This document shows positions 39,202 through 52,169 of a stretch of DNA of 64,000 nucleotides, one piece after another; within the stretch, counting starts at the first letter, position 1, and every line of letters starts with the position of its first letter. The translations under genes were made by a program, and so were the position numbers. The notes under the pieces are model-generated. The model was not told where the DNA came from. It saw nothing but the letters and a program-made list of their open reading frames with translations, and made no database searches. This stretch comes from Felis catus (lineage: Eukaryota): assembly GCF_018350175.1 (NCBI RefSeq), contig NC_058368.1, positions 80,540,001-80,604,000 of the forward strand. Reading direction: 5' to 3'.

Positions 39202-42200
39202 GGGTTACATAATGAATTTGAATCCAGTCAACTTATTGAGTACATACCTGCTTGGAGGATGCCAGGTGCTACGGGAGATAAAAAGAGTAACTGTTCTTAG
39301 AGGTTTGAGTGCAGGAGAAAACTGTCAAAACAGGAGCAGCGTGAGGAAATAAAGTCAGCTATGGAGGAAAAGGAACAGGAATTAAGGGGTTCCAGGCAAC
39401 CAGCGTCTGAGCAGGCCAGCCTCTGATGATTTTCCTGACATGTGGATTACGACATGGTTTGTGTTTCCTCAGACTATCCTCGGGCAGCCCTTAGGTGGTC
39501 CTCTGCAGGCTTGCGGGCAATCAGCGAGTTCGGATATAACATAGGAGGAAAAAGTTGCTTTTTCCTGGTTGATTTGTGGCTTGCGTTTCCGGTCAGTCCT
39601 AGGATTTCTGGGGCCGGTGGCGGGAGAGAAGTGAGGTGTCAGTGGCCCCTGGACAGCGGCTCTGAGGGCCCGCCGTGAGCAGCTCGCGCTGAGGATGAGG
39701 TCAGCGATGGCAGTGTGGTGTGATGGCGAGGGTCTCGCTCACACCGGGCCAAGACTCGGAGGCCCATGCCCCGCAGCTGTCGGTACATACTTGGCGGTCT
39801 CGTGGGAAAGCGTTCTGAGAGAAGTCGCAGGGCACGTTACATCCCGACTGTGTGTTTCGGGAGACTTCTTTAAACTTTGCAAACTGAGCAAATTCCTTGT
39901 AATGAAACGAAACTTTCAGAGGAGTTAAAATGTAATGACAAACATCTGCTTTTGAAGCATATGATTTTGAAGTCCTGCCTCAGCCCTGCACGAGGGGGAT
40001 TCGTGTTGGGGGTTTCAGGCCCTGAGGAGGGGGAAGCCCACTGCATTTGCTGGCTGATTCGCAGTCAGGCAGCCTCCTGGCAGTTTAGATGGGGGGACGC
40101 CCAGAGTGGCTCGCTTTAGCGAGTGTGCTGGTGCCGTGCGTGGTGTGCTTGCTCCGGCAGGTGTGACATAGGGGTGTGTGTGGGGGGGGGGCAAGAGGGC
40201 CTTCCCCACGGGCAGCTGCCCCTTGTCCTCCAGCAGAGTCTGGCGGTGGTGCTGTCCCAAGACCTCATTCTATTAATAGAAGCAATGCCCGCGGTGGCTT
40301 CCTTTCCCGGTTCCCTTAAGCACTGCCCGCCTGTGTCCGTATCTTTTACAGAAATAGCGCGTGCCCCAGGTTGCAGGCAGCGTGCCGGGCACCGTCGCCC
40401 CCATCTCCCAGGTGAGAACACTGAGGCCCAGCAGTGCCTCATGCCATGCCCACGTTGCCCAGTTAGAGCCCCGGGGGCAGAAGAGCCCAGGTGTGCCTGT
40501 CGTCCGCGCTGGGCCTGCTCACGTGCGCTAGATCAGGAGGACGTAGGCAGTCCCTGCCTTCAGGAGTTACAGACCAGCTCAGGACACCAGACTGACAATG
40601 TGAGTGACCACAGTGACAGAACAGACTCCAGGGTTACATCGTGGGCACAGACTGCCGTTCACCAGGGGTCCTAAGAGGGAAGGAGAGGCCGTCAGGATGT
40701 GAGCCACACGCCTGCCTGGTTATCTGGGGGCTCAGAAATAGCTGGAAGCAGGACAGGTAGCTCTAGAGAGTGTTGTGCTCGGGCTGTGACCCTGGTCGGG
40801 ACGCTCCTCTGCCCCTTTTCCCTCCTCTCTCCTGGAGGACACCCCTGAGGAGTCTGGCGAACTGTTGCTCTGGCATCGGATCGTCCTCCGGGGGACTCGA
40901 GGGCCTTCCTGACTCTGTGCTTACTGAGGTCCATCTGTGCTAAGATGTAGAACAGTGTGCTGTCCGTGTACGTACATACATACACGTGCACATGTCTAAT
41001 ACTTCTCGAGAGGCCCGGCTCTGGTCTTGGACTGGAGCCGCCCATGTGTTTGTCATTGTCGGTAGAAGGTGGCAGAAGCCCACCATCCTCTGGGCACCCA
41101 ACTCTGTCATGGGCGGTGCCACCAGCTGGGGCAACCGGTTGTCCCCAAGACCCACTGGTCCCTCCCATAGCCACCCTAAGAAGGGGCGGTCCCCATATAT
41201 GCTCCAGAGTCACCCAGTTGCTGTGTGACGTGTGGCAACTTCTCCAACTTCTCTGAGTCTCAGTTTCTCCCCTAAAAAATGAGATTAATGACCCCCTCCC
41301 CCCCAGAGGGAATGGCCTCTTGGGGCAGAAGGGTTGCTAAGAGGGTAAATGGGTAGCCCTGAGGGGTTTCTTGTGTTGTCAGGCACAGAGTAGGGTCCTC
41401 GGGACACAGAAGTTGTTATTATTTTACGGACTGACCCTGGAAACTTTCTCTGCTGGGAAAACTCCAAGCCAGGATTTGAACCTCAAGGCCAACGCCAATC
41501 CAGGAATACTTCCTTATTCTCACAACCAGCCAGAGTCTTGCAACTCCAGGGGGCTGGTGGCCCCTCCCTTCCCGCCCTGACAGACCACCACTGTCTGGGT
41601 CGGCGGGACCACTGAGTTTGGCTTCCAGGACCCTCTGCTCAGCGCCAGGCCCTGAGCAGCTGCAGAGCACACACAGCTGCTGGAGGGCTGAGCTGGCGGG
41701 CTCGGGTTTCACATTTGTAGAGTTTCATGCATGGGAAGGGCGTCCGCAGAGGGAGGGTGTTGGGGCTGGCTCTGGGCCCTGGGTGTGACATCTGACCTTT
41801 TCCTCCATCAGTTCTACCCAGTTAGGTTAGGAGAATGCATTTCCTGATGTTTTCACATTTCTAACTTTAGCTCTGAATTTTAAAAGTTCTATGAACCAGA
41901 CTGGTCGTTCTCAGCCCTATTTTTGTAGACAGTGCTGTGTCTGCTGTAGTCTAAGGGCCAAGGAGCAAGGTGGGGATGTTTAAATGGGATGTGTGGAAGT
42001 ACGTTTCAAACACATATGTCACAATTATTTAAACCACTGTAGTTTTGGGTTCCTACTATGTGTGTGCTACTGTCCACATCATACAGAAACACATGCACAC
42101 ACATGCACCTGTTCCATATCACCTTTTTAGGCAGGTCATAAGGGAAACCATGGGGTCTTAAGTGTAGTGCATTTGTGAATTCTCAGTGTGAAGGAATTCT

Positions 42201-42442
42201 CAAGAGGTTATCCAATCCAAACTCATCATTTTACAGATGGGTTAACTGAAGACAGCTGCATCCGGTTGTGTAAGTTGTGCACTGCACAGTCTAGGGTAGG
42301 TCACTCATAGTGTACATGAATGGTGTCTTAAGACTGTGCCGGGCAGGGGCTCTGGGGCAATGATGCATAGAAGTCAGCCTCCACAGAGGTCAGCGTCCTC
42401 AGAGGTCAGCCTCCTAGGGTACAAGACAAATTAGAGACGGGT

Positions 42443-42957
42443 TGTGGTAGATTACAGAAGTGGCCCTAGCTCTTCACTCCCCGTAGACCTGCCTTCAAAG
42501 AGGGAGCCTGTTTTCTCACTTCTTGAATCTGAGGCTGGCCTCGACTCGTGTTGGCCAATGGGATGTGGCGGAAGTGACAGGTGTTAGTACTGGCTGAGGC
42601 TTCAAGAGGTTTTGCGTGTTTCTGCACTCTCTCAGACCTGCGTCTACTCTGAGGACAGGCCCAGGCCCTGGATGCTGAGGGATTGGAGAGCACGTGGCAG
42701 AGAGCTTGACTGTCCCTGCTGAGGCCTCCTGGACTCCCCTCCTGCCTGCTCACACTGGAGAGAGCCGCGTGCAGATCAGCAGTGCTGCTGCCCAACACAG
42801 ATGACCACTGCTTCGCGAGCAAGCCCAGTTGTGACCCGAAGGACCGGCCAGCTGACCCGTAGCCCACGGACCAAAGTAGATGCTTCCTTCTGCCCGCCAC
42901 TGAGGTTCCGTGGCTGTTTGTTAATGCAGCCTCACTGTGGCAGTAGACGGCAGGTAC
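42443..42957. mobile_element. MLT1-type LTR remnant
   Basis: TGTGGTAGAT...TTGAATCTG.GGCTGGCCT...TGGCCAATGGGATGTGGCGGAAGTGAC...GCCACTGAGGTT...TTTGTTA. Confidence 0.65.
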
Positions 42958-43049
42958 AAGGCTAGGGAATGCAGCTATTATTTTGTACGTAATTTTACCT
43001 TTTATTACACTTGGAGCAGCTTTTTACAAAGGGTCCATAATACCCCCCC

Positions 43050-43920
43050 CCCTTTTTTAATGTTTATTTTTGAGGGAGAGAGACAGTGTGAGCAGGGGAG
43101 GGTCAGAGATAGAGGGAGACACAGAATCAGAAGCAGGTTCCAGGCTCTGAGCTGTCAGCACAGAGCCCGACACGGGGCTTGAACTCACGGACTGTGAGAT
43201 CATGACCTGAGCCGAAGTCGGATGCTTAACCGACTGAGCCACCCAGGCGCCCCAATAATACCCCTTTTTAAAAATTTTATTTTCGAGGGGTGCCTGGGTG
43301 GCGCAGTCGGTTAAGCGTCCGACTTCAGCCAGGTCACGATCTCGCGGTCCGTGAATTCGAGCCCCGCGTCAGGCTCTGGGCTGATGGCTCAGAGCCTGGA
43401 GCCTGTTTCCGATTCTGTGTCTCCCTCTCTCTCTGCCCCTCCCCCGTTCATGCTCTGTCTCTCTCTGTCCCAAAAATAAATAAACGTTGAAAAAAAAATT
43501 TAAAAAAAAATTTATTTTCGAGAGAGTGAGCATGAGTGGGGGAGAGGGGCACTGGGAGAGAGAGAATCTCAAGCAGGCTTCATGCTGGGTGTGGAGCCTG
43601 ATGTGGGACTCCATACCATGACCCTGGGATCATGACCTGAGCTGAAATCAAGAGTCGGATGCTCAAACCACTGAGCCACCCAGGTGCCCCAATAATATTC
43701 TTTTTTTTTAAATTATTTTTAATATTTATTTATTTTTGAGACAGAGAGAGAGCATGGACAGGGGAGGGTCAGAGAAAGAGGGAGACACAGAATCTGAAAC
43801 AGACTCGAGGCTCTGAGCCATCAGCACAGAGCCCGACGCGGGGCTTGAACTCACGGACTGCGAGATCATGACCTGAGCCGAAGTCGGACGCTTAACCGAC
43901 TGAGCCACCCAGGCGCCCCC
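43050..43920. mobile_element. Cluster of four CAN-SINEs (three minus, one plus nested)
   Basis: Minus about 43052-43253; minus about 43265-43690, split by plus 43288-43510 (TSD TTTATTTTCGAG); minus 43703-43920 (TSD CAATAATATTCTT). Confidence 0.92.
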
Positions 43921-45109
43921 CAATAATATTCTTAATATAGTCTTCAAAGAAAGACCAAAAAAAGTGTAGCAACTTAAACCTCTCCAGTTTATATTAAATT
44001 GCTTTAGCTTAAGATGGGAATCCACAGTTCCAAGTTTGCTTTGGCTTTGTGTAGTTTTCTTACAATGCAGTCTTGTTGTGGCAGGATGATTTTTGTTAGC
44101 AACACCTTATTTAAAACAGTCTAGTTCTGGATTATTTGTAAATACTCTGGCCTGTGATGGCCTTTCTCCCTCAGTTCTGAGTGACTCACTACTAAGTTCC
44201 TGTGCCAAGAAGATGTGTGCCCAACCTATTTCCTGTCCGTAAAGTACTTTGTTTACAAGAGATGTTTTAGTACCCATCTGCAGTTAGCAAATTCATTCAG
44301 AAGTCTTTTGTCAGGAACACTGGTTTTCTGAAAAAGCCTGTTGCTTTCTGAACGCATGCCAAAAGATGATGACTTTGTTCTTCACGTTAAGGAGGAATGT
44401 TATAGTGCTTTTGACAGAGAATTAGGTTCAGAGAAGTATTCCTGGTCCTCATCGCCTCTGCTGGTGCTCCAGGAGGAGTAAGAGACTCTCAGGACATAGA
44501 GAGTTTTATTCCAGGCCTTTATTTCTTGAGTCACCTCATTGTGATCTCTGTGGTGCTGCAGAAATTGCCTTGTTCAGGGAATCATAAACACTGGTGCTGG
44601 TAAGGAGATTTCTTCTCGTGGAAGCATGACATTTTCTGGTCAGAGTCTTCCTGTTTGTTAATGCATTTTTGTTTCTGTTGAAAACAAGCGCTATAAATAG
44701 GATGTGGTCAAATTCTGGACAGATTTGCGATGGAGTGTAAACTTCCAGAAAGTACCACAGAAACCATGCTTTTAAGTGACAAGAGACCGGAGTTGAGTGT
44801 CTTCCCCACTTTATCGACTGATGACAGATGGAGAAGAGTCAGGGTTCACGTATCATGCCTCTGACAGAGCAGTTACTCAGACAGAGCCAGAATAGCTGCC
44901 ACATTGACAATCTAAAATAGCTGCCATGTTGGTGATCCAAAATAGCTGCCATGTTGGCGATCCAAGGCTGATTCTTCAAATGACAATAGTAACTCTACTT
45001 CAGTGGGTGTGAGTCTTGATTATCTGTTTATGAATTGTTAAAATAATAATACGGGAGCGAGCTACTCACCCTACCCGTAATTCTTCTGTTGTCTGTAATG
45101 AAATGTCTT

Positions 45110-46296
45110 CCTAAGAAGCTAGAAAAATAAGAGCACTGGATGTTACATGTAAGTGGTGAATCACTAAATTCTCCTGAAATCATTATTATACTAGATATTA
45201 ACTAACTTGGACTGAAATAAAATTAAAAGAAATTTAAAAAAGAAAGATAACGGCAAATGCAACTCTAAGTAGTAGGTGAAAGAAAATAAATAACTTAATG
45301 GGAATCAGTGACAGAAAACAAATTTACTAGAGAAAATCAACAAAACCAAAATCTGGTTCTTTGGGAAAATCAATGAAATTGGTAAGCCTCTTAAACTGGC
45401 CAGGAAAATGGCCAATATGAGGAATCACTATGGGTTCCACAGACACTAAAATGACCATAATGGGATAGTATGAACGTTTTTATGCTAGTATATTCTACAC
45501 TGTAGATGAAATGCATAATTTTCATGGAGGACCTTCCCAGCCCTACAGGTATAGAATTCAAACCAGTTAAAAAGCTTCTCATAGAGGGGGCACATGGGGT
45601 GCTCAGTCGTTTAAGCATCCGACTTCAGCTCAGGTCATGATCTCGTGGTTCATGAGTTCGAGCCCCATGTCAGCTGTGCTGACAGCTCAAAGCCTGGAGC
45701 CTGCTTCGGATTCTGTGACTCCCTCTCTCTCTGCCCGTCCTCCGCTCGTGCTCTGTCTCTCTCTGTCTCAAAAGTAAGCAAACATTAAAAAAAAAAAAAG
45801 CTTCTCATAAAGAAAATTCCAGGCCACATGGCCTCATGGGCGAACTTTACCAAAGAATTCAGGACTTCTGTCCAGAATACATAAAGAACTCTCAACACTC
45901 AATAATAAGGACACAAAGAGTCCAACTTGAAAAATGGACAAACAGCTTGAGCAGACGCTTCACGGAAGAAGGTGTGTGAGTGACAGGCACAGGAGAGACG
46001 CTGGATGCACTTGGCAGGAGGGACATGCAAACAGAAGCCACCGCGAGGTGCCGCTGTGCACGTGTTAGAATGGTCAGAATTTAAGCCTGGTCATACCGCA
46101 TGTGGATGAGGATGTGGAGGGGCCAGAGCCCCCATCCACTGCTGGTGGGAACCGAAAACCATGTGACTGAGCAGCTTGTCAGTTTCTTGAAGTAGTGAAC
46201 ATCCACGAAGTGGCTGAGCCATCCCGTTACTAAGTGTTGACTCGGAAATGGAAGTATGCCCTTAGCGTGTCTCGTGCACGTGTGTTCATAGCAACT

Positions 46297-46351
<55 letters not shown>

Positions 46352-46745
46352 TTCGTTCTTTGCAACTTTATATTTGATAGCCACAAACTGGACACAACCC
46401 AGATGTCTTTCAACTGGTGAATGGATAGAGTGTGGTATATCCACGGAATACTAAGCAATAAAAGTGACTACTCTGTGACAGGAATGAAAATTATGCTGAG
46501 GAAAGAAGCCAAAGTACACATGGTACTTCACGAACATAAAATTCTAGAAAATGCGGCGTGGTCTACAGTGACAGAAGGCACATCAGTGCTGGCTTAGGGA
46601 TGCTTCATGGGGCACAAGGAGACTTTTGGGGGTGAGGGGGCGTTCGTCTTGATTCTGGTGATTGTTTCAGAAGGGTACACGTGTCAAAACTTGTCAAATC
46701 GTACGCTTCAAATATGCGCATGGCACGTCTGTTACGTCCCAGTAA
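45110..46745 (+). mobile_element. Old L1M remnant carrying a short carnivore L1 3' tail (about 45136-45240), a CAN-SINE (45586-45795) and (TTTA)n (46297-46353)
   Basis: AAGAAGCTAGAAAAA...GAAAATCAACAAAACCAAAATCTGGTTCTTTG, AAAATGGACAAA and CTGGTGAATGGATA are L1 ORF2/3'UTR-like; SINE TSD AAAAAGCTTCTCATA. Confidence 0.8.
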
Positions 46746-48960
46746 GTCTTACGCGGCAGTATTCACTCTGCGGGTGATTAAGATTTTGTTGTGCGTACTG
46801 GAGCTTTAGTTCATTTTACCAGCAGTCCCTTTTGAACCTAATTGTGAACCCAGAAAACATGTATGGAATTTCAATGTATAAAGGTGTAAATAGCGAACTT
46901 ACATTTTATGTGGGTGGGGGGAAGGGACTCGCTGCCAGACCTCATTTATTCGCGTGTTTGTTTTCTCATCAGATCCTTCCTGGGTATCTATTACACGGAT
47001 TATGCTGGGCTCTGGAGATTTAATGATTAGCCAAAATACACTCGCATACTGTCCCATGGGGAGAGCATTAAAGACATCGTATGAATTTGTTTTACAGATT
47101 GAGACATGTGCTCGGGGGGTGAGGAACGGGTTTTAGCAGAGGGACCTGGTTTCCACTTGGCAGGTGGGTCAGGTCACGTCTTGGGGAAGGCTCTTCTCTG
47201 GAAGTACTACTTGAGTTGAGTGTTGATGGACCAGTGCACTGTTAATTAGAGAGGGGAACAGGGAAAGTTTGTGATGTTTTCAAGGGAAGTCTTGGTTGGG
47301 TGCGGATTTGGAAAACAATATTCCAGGCACAGTGTGGAAACAGACTGGATGTGGCCTGGGGAGGTGGTTATTAAGCTCTCAGCCTTGCCCGGCTGAGAGC
47401 TGCTGGGAGCTGGGTCTGGGACGGGGTTGGGGAGACCGCTCCCGGGGTGCTGGCCACACACAGGGTAGATGTGGTGTCCCGGTGCGAGAGGGGGCCCGGG
47501 GGCTGCCTGAGGCTCGGTATCAGGTCCAGAAGGGATGCTGTGGTGAGTGTGAGGAGTCAGGGCTCAGACAGGATGCTGGGCTGTAAGATAAATTTGGGAG
47601 TCACCCAAGAGAGATGGGAGCTGAGGTGTAGGAGTGGTGAGCTTCCTGGCGGCCGCAGCAGCAGCAGCAGTGGGGCTCAGGAGGCTGGCAGCAGGTGGTT
47701 AGGTCAGGTCAGGAGTGAGCCTGGTGACTGGCAGGGGAAGGGCACGGCCAGTACGCTGCAGGGGCGAGAGATGTGCCTTGGAGGACCAGAGGCTCTGGCG
47801 GTGTGCTGGGAGGGTGGGGGGGGGGGGCACGGTCACTCCCCGTCCCCAGGTGGCAGGCATGGCGGCGACCGTCCCAGGAGAGCCAGCAGAGCACGCACCC
47901 GGTGGCCGGCCCCTGAGCAGGTGGCCAGGGTGAGAGCGGCTCTGATGGAGGGGAGCAGGCGATGTTGGGGGCAGAGCTGAGCGGGAGAGGCTGGATTCAG
48001 CAAGAGGGCGGCCGGGCTGGGGCCTGCCGCGTGCTGGGCGTGTGGATTCCCCGAGATTGTTCGGGGGGCTGAGCAGGGCCTGTGGTGCTCATCAACTCTC
48101 GTCAGAGTTTGGTGGGAGGAAGTTGACTTTGAGCCGATTTTGCCTTTAGAAGACTGTGTTCTTGTCCGTGGCTTAGGGAAGTACAGCTGTCATGGGTTTC
48201 CTCCTTCCTTTCCAATGTGTTTTCCCAGGTGTTTGTAAGAATCCAGTGAGTGAGTGGAGTCTGCCTGGTTGTCGCTCTGGGTGCTCCCGAGATTTGCATC
48301 TTACCATAACGTATTAATGTCTGGTCTTTGACGCGCCCCCTCCATCCATTTTATGACGAGCCGCTGGAAACCACCTGCTGTCGGCCATGTCCGTTTTGCA
48401 GCTGACCTGTGAAAGTCCAGATCTGATGTAGTTAAGGCCTTTTAGGGGTGTCTGTATGTAATTTTTAGAAAGTTCTTGTCCAAGCTGAGGACTTTCTGTA
48501 TTCCGTTACAAAGTTATGAATATACACGTGTCTCCTGGGACTGCTGTTCCTCCTTTGGAAAATGCTCACAATTAGCTACATGTCATGATACATACGTGGA
48601 GGAGATGAAAGTAAATCAGTGCTGTTCAGTGGGAATCTCACGTAACCATTTGGTTACCAAATGTGTAGCATTTGGGTATTAATTTTCCGATTCACAGCAG
48701 TAAAACATGCGCTTTTCAGGTCTGTCTCCACGTGTGGGAGAAGCAAGCCCACCAATTATTTTTTTCTCCTTAATCCCTTTTCTTCGAGAGGATGTTGGGA
48801 GATGCAGGGGTGGGGGTGTGGAGGGAAGGAGTGTGGCACGCACACACGTGCTCCCTCACTGAGGAGCTTCTGGGCTGACGGCTCCTGGGTTGGTCTGGTT
48901 TTCTTCTCTCACGGCTGGAGGTGGCACAAGTGCCCGACACTGGTTCTCGTCCATCACGCA

Positions 48961-49488
48961 CAAAATGTTAGCAAAAACAAAACAAACAACAAAACCCCCC
49001 AAACCCCCAAAATGTTAGTGAGCAAAACAAAACAAAAAAACAAAATAAAAAAACCAAAAATGTTAGTGAGCAAAAAAACAAAACAAAAAAACCAAAATGT
49101 TAGCAAAAAACAAAACAAAACAAAAAACCCAAAATGTTAGTGAGCAAAACAAAACAAAAAACAAAAAAACCCAAAATGTTAGCAAAACAAAACAAAAAAA
49201 ATAAAACAAAAAACCCCAAAATGTTAGTGAGCAAAAAACAACACAAAAACCAAAAAAAAACCCAAAAAACCCAAAATGTTAGTGAGCAAAACAAAACAAA
49301 AAACAAAAAAACCCAAAATGTTAGCAAAACAAAACAAAAAAAATAAAACAAAAAACCCCAAAATGTTAGTGAGCAAAAAACAACACAAAAACAAAACAAA
49401 AAACCCAAAATGTTAGTGAGCAAAACAAAACCAAAAATGTTAGCAAAACAAAAAACAAAAAACAAAAAAACCCAAAATGTTAGTGAGC
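48961..49488. repeat. A-rich VNTR with core AAAATGTTAG(TGAG)CAAAA, about 13 copies separated by variable (A/C)-rich spacers
   Basis: Core recurs every ~30-55 nt in two variants (with or without TGAG). Confidence 0.9.
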
Positions 49489-49577
49489 ATCTCAGGTTGT
49501 CTCCAAGTGATGCAAGGCTTCCTGTCGTATGTGTCTTTGGTTGAGGTGGCGATGTGGGCCTTGCAGGGAAGTGTCCT

Positions 49578-49733
49578 CAGAATCACCTGATGGCTTGTGA
49601 AAATAGATTGCCAGGCTGCACTTCAGAGTTTCTGGTTTTGTAGGTCTCCGTTGGAGGTGAGAATTTGCATTTCTGACAGGTTCTCAGGTCATGCCAATGC
49701 TGCTGGTCCAGGGACCACATTTGAGAACCACAG
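49578..49733. mobile_element. MER5A-like hAT element
   Basis: AGAATCACCTG...GAGAATTTGCATTTCT.ACA.GTTC.CAGGT.ATGC..ATGCTGCTGGTCCAGGGACCACA.TTGAGAACCAC. Confidence 0.8.
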
Positions 49734-52169
49734 CCCCCTGGGCTCATCTGCCCAGCAACACCATAGCCTGGACCAGCCAGATTGTATGCAAGCCCCTTTA
49801 AGAAGACAGGAGACCAAGATGTGATCACCTGGGGACTTTCCCACAGGTGGGCACTGGCTGCTTGCCTCCCTTGGCTTACAGACCCCCCCCCCCCCCCCCC
49901 CCCGCATGCTTGGAAAGTTTCCTAACTGGTGCCTTTTAGTTTAATACAGAACAGACCCCATGCTGCTTTCCAATGGGCTTTTGAAACGTGGAGGTAGAGG
50001 GAGGTTGGAAAGAAATCCTGCCTTGGGTTGGAAGGGGCAGTTGGAATATATCTCAAAAATGGAATCCCTCACCTGTTTCTGTGCGTCCAGGAAATCCCTG
50101 CATAAAATGGAAGACAAACAGAATCTCTTTGAAGAGACCAAGCTCAGGAGGTCCGTGGAATCGCTACTTAAATTGAGGTGCTTGAGGAGACATCCTCGGA
50201 ATAGTGACATGAGCCCCACATAGAGGGGCTGTGTCTAAGCAGGACTCCAAGTCACGAAAAGCTAATGAAAGGCACAGATGCCTCAGGCAGGCTTCTCTGT
50301 GACACAGGCTTTTAAAGGGAAGTAAGTCCCCGAGTTGGGTTGCGGGGTCAGGGAGTCGCCTCTGGGAGGGGGTGGTGCTGGGTCCAAATGGCAGCACAGC
50401 CGCTGTTCCTTAGTGAGGGAGCTCCACCGAGCTGTGACTCGTCCTAACGCTGCTTCTGGGGGTGTGGATCTGTGGTCCTTAAACTGGGGACCACGTGTTC
50501 TCTGAAGGTCTGGACACGCTGGCTTTCCACCAACACTGAGGACGCACACCTTGATTTCATTCCAACTTAAGCTTTTCCATTCAGTAGCCAGTTAATCGTT
50601 TTGTTACTGAATATGGAGAGAACAGTGACAGTGCTTGCCACCCCCTCCCCACCCCAAGGCTGGCGGCAGGAAGCTGCTTTTCTAGACGCCATTGCTCAGG
50701 TGACCTTCAGCGGCCATCTCTCCTTCCAGCGAAGGCTGTGGGGGTGGCTGGCAACCATTTTCAAGCAGCCACCACGAAAAGGCTTCAGAAGGCAATGACA
50801 CTTTCTCTTGAAACAAACGAGAAAATAGGAAATCTCAGCAAAGAAACAGGACTCATGGAAAAGAAATGGGAATTGCAGAAATGAAAACTGCAATAACAAA
50901 ACTCACTGGACAGGCTCAAAAGCCGAGGGGAGACGGAAGGCAGAAGAAGAGAATGCGAGGCCACACCAGCGGAGTCTTCTAGGCCCGGGGAGCCTGCCTG
51001 ACGGAGCTGGGAGGAAGCCGCGGGCCTGTCACAGAGCAGGCAGCAGACGCACTCAGAGTCACAGCTGCAGGTGGGCGGCTGCCCACATCCATTCCCTCCC
51101 TCCCCTCCTCCTGTGTGAGCCTCTGTCCCCGCTGCCTGTCCCCTTCAGCTGTGAAATGTCTGGGTCACACCACCTCACCGTTGGCTTCTTTTGGCCCCTT
51201 TGTGACAGGAAACTAGAGTAAGGCGACCCTACTAAACGTGCACGTCTGTGGATGACCATGGAAAGTGCTGGGCAGCGGGAGCCTGAAGAGGCCCAAGGGA
51301 GCAGGCCAGCTGGTTAGGGGAGCCCAGGGCGGAGCCAGTGATTTTGCTTCGTGATAGAGATGAGGGCTGAAACCAGAGTGCTGGCTCTCGGCAGCTCCCG
51401 GCTGACCGCACTGGAGAAAGCAGGGGCCCCGGTCACTGAGCGTGGGCAGCCCTGGAGAGAGGCGTGACAGAAGGGGTTAAGGTGAAGGCTTACAGATACA
51501 CCCAAGGCTGTTTTGCATTTCTCTGTCTATGGGGATTATGCTTCCAAGTGTTTTCTAGAATGGCTCCTGTCTCAAAAGTTCGATTCCCATATTTGACCAG
51601 TTATGTTTACTTGTTGGTTCTAGGTGCTCCGTAAACATTACTCAACATCCCTTTTACGGAACAAATAATACATTGGGTGCTTGTGTCTGCCGGGTGCTGA
51701 CACAGCTCTTCTCTAGACCAAATACTCTGCACACTGAATGTCTCTTCCATGGTGCAGGAAGATATTCCATGAACTTACTTAGTACTAAGTACACTTAGTA
51801 CAGCAGATAGTATATTAGACAGTGATGAGAAGGGATGGGGAGTGCCAGCAGTTAAGGCAATACTGCAGTTTTATATCTGGTACTTAGGGCAGGCGTTACT
51901 GAGAGGTGACATTTCAATAAAGACTCCATGAATATAAGCAAAGGAGTGATGTGAATATCTGGGAGATGGAATTTCAGGTGATGGGAATAGCTTGTGCAAA
52001 GGTCCCGAGGTCCCTGAATAGCCTCTGCAAACTTGCCTGGCAAGTTTGGGGAACAGCAGAGGCCACAGTGAGCTGGGGGAGGGTAGTTGGCTGATGGGTT
52101 CAAGGACGGAACAAGGGAGCCTTGTGCAGGGCCTGCTTAACCATCATAAGGATTTTGACTTGAAAACAG

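Noticed and set aside
48961..49488. CRISPR-like repeat/spacer array
   Set aside because: Mammalian context; spacers are low-complexity A/C runs of variable length; no cas genes.
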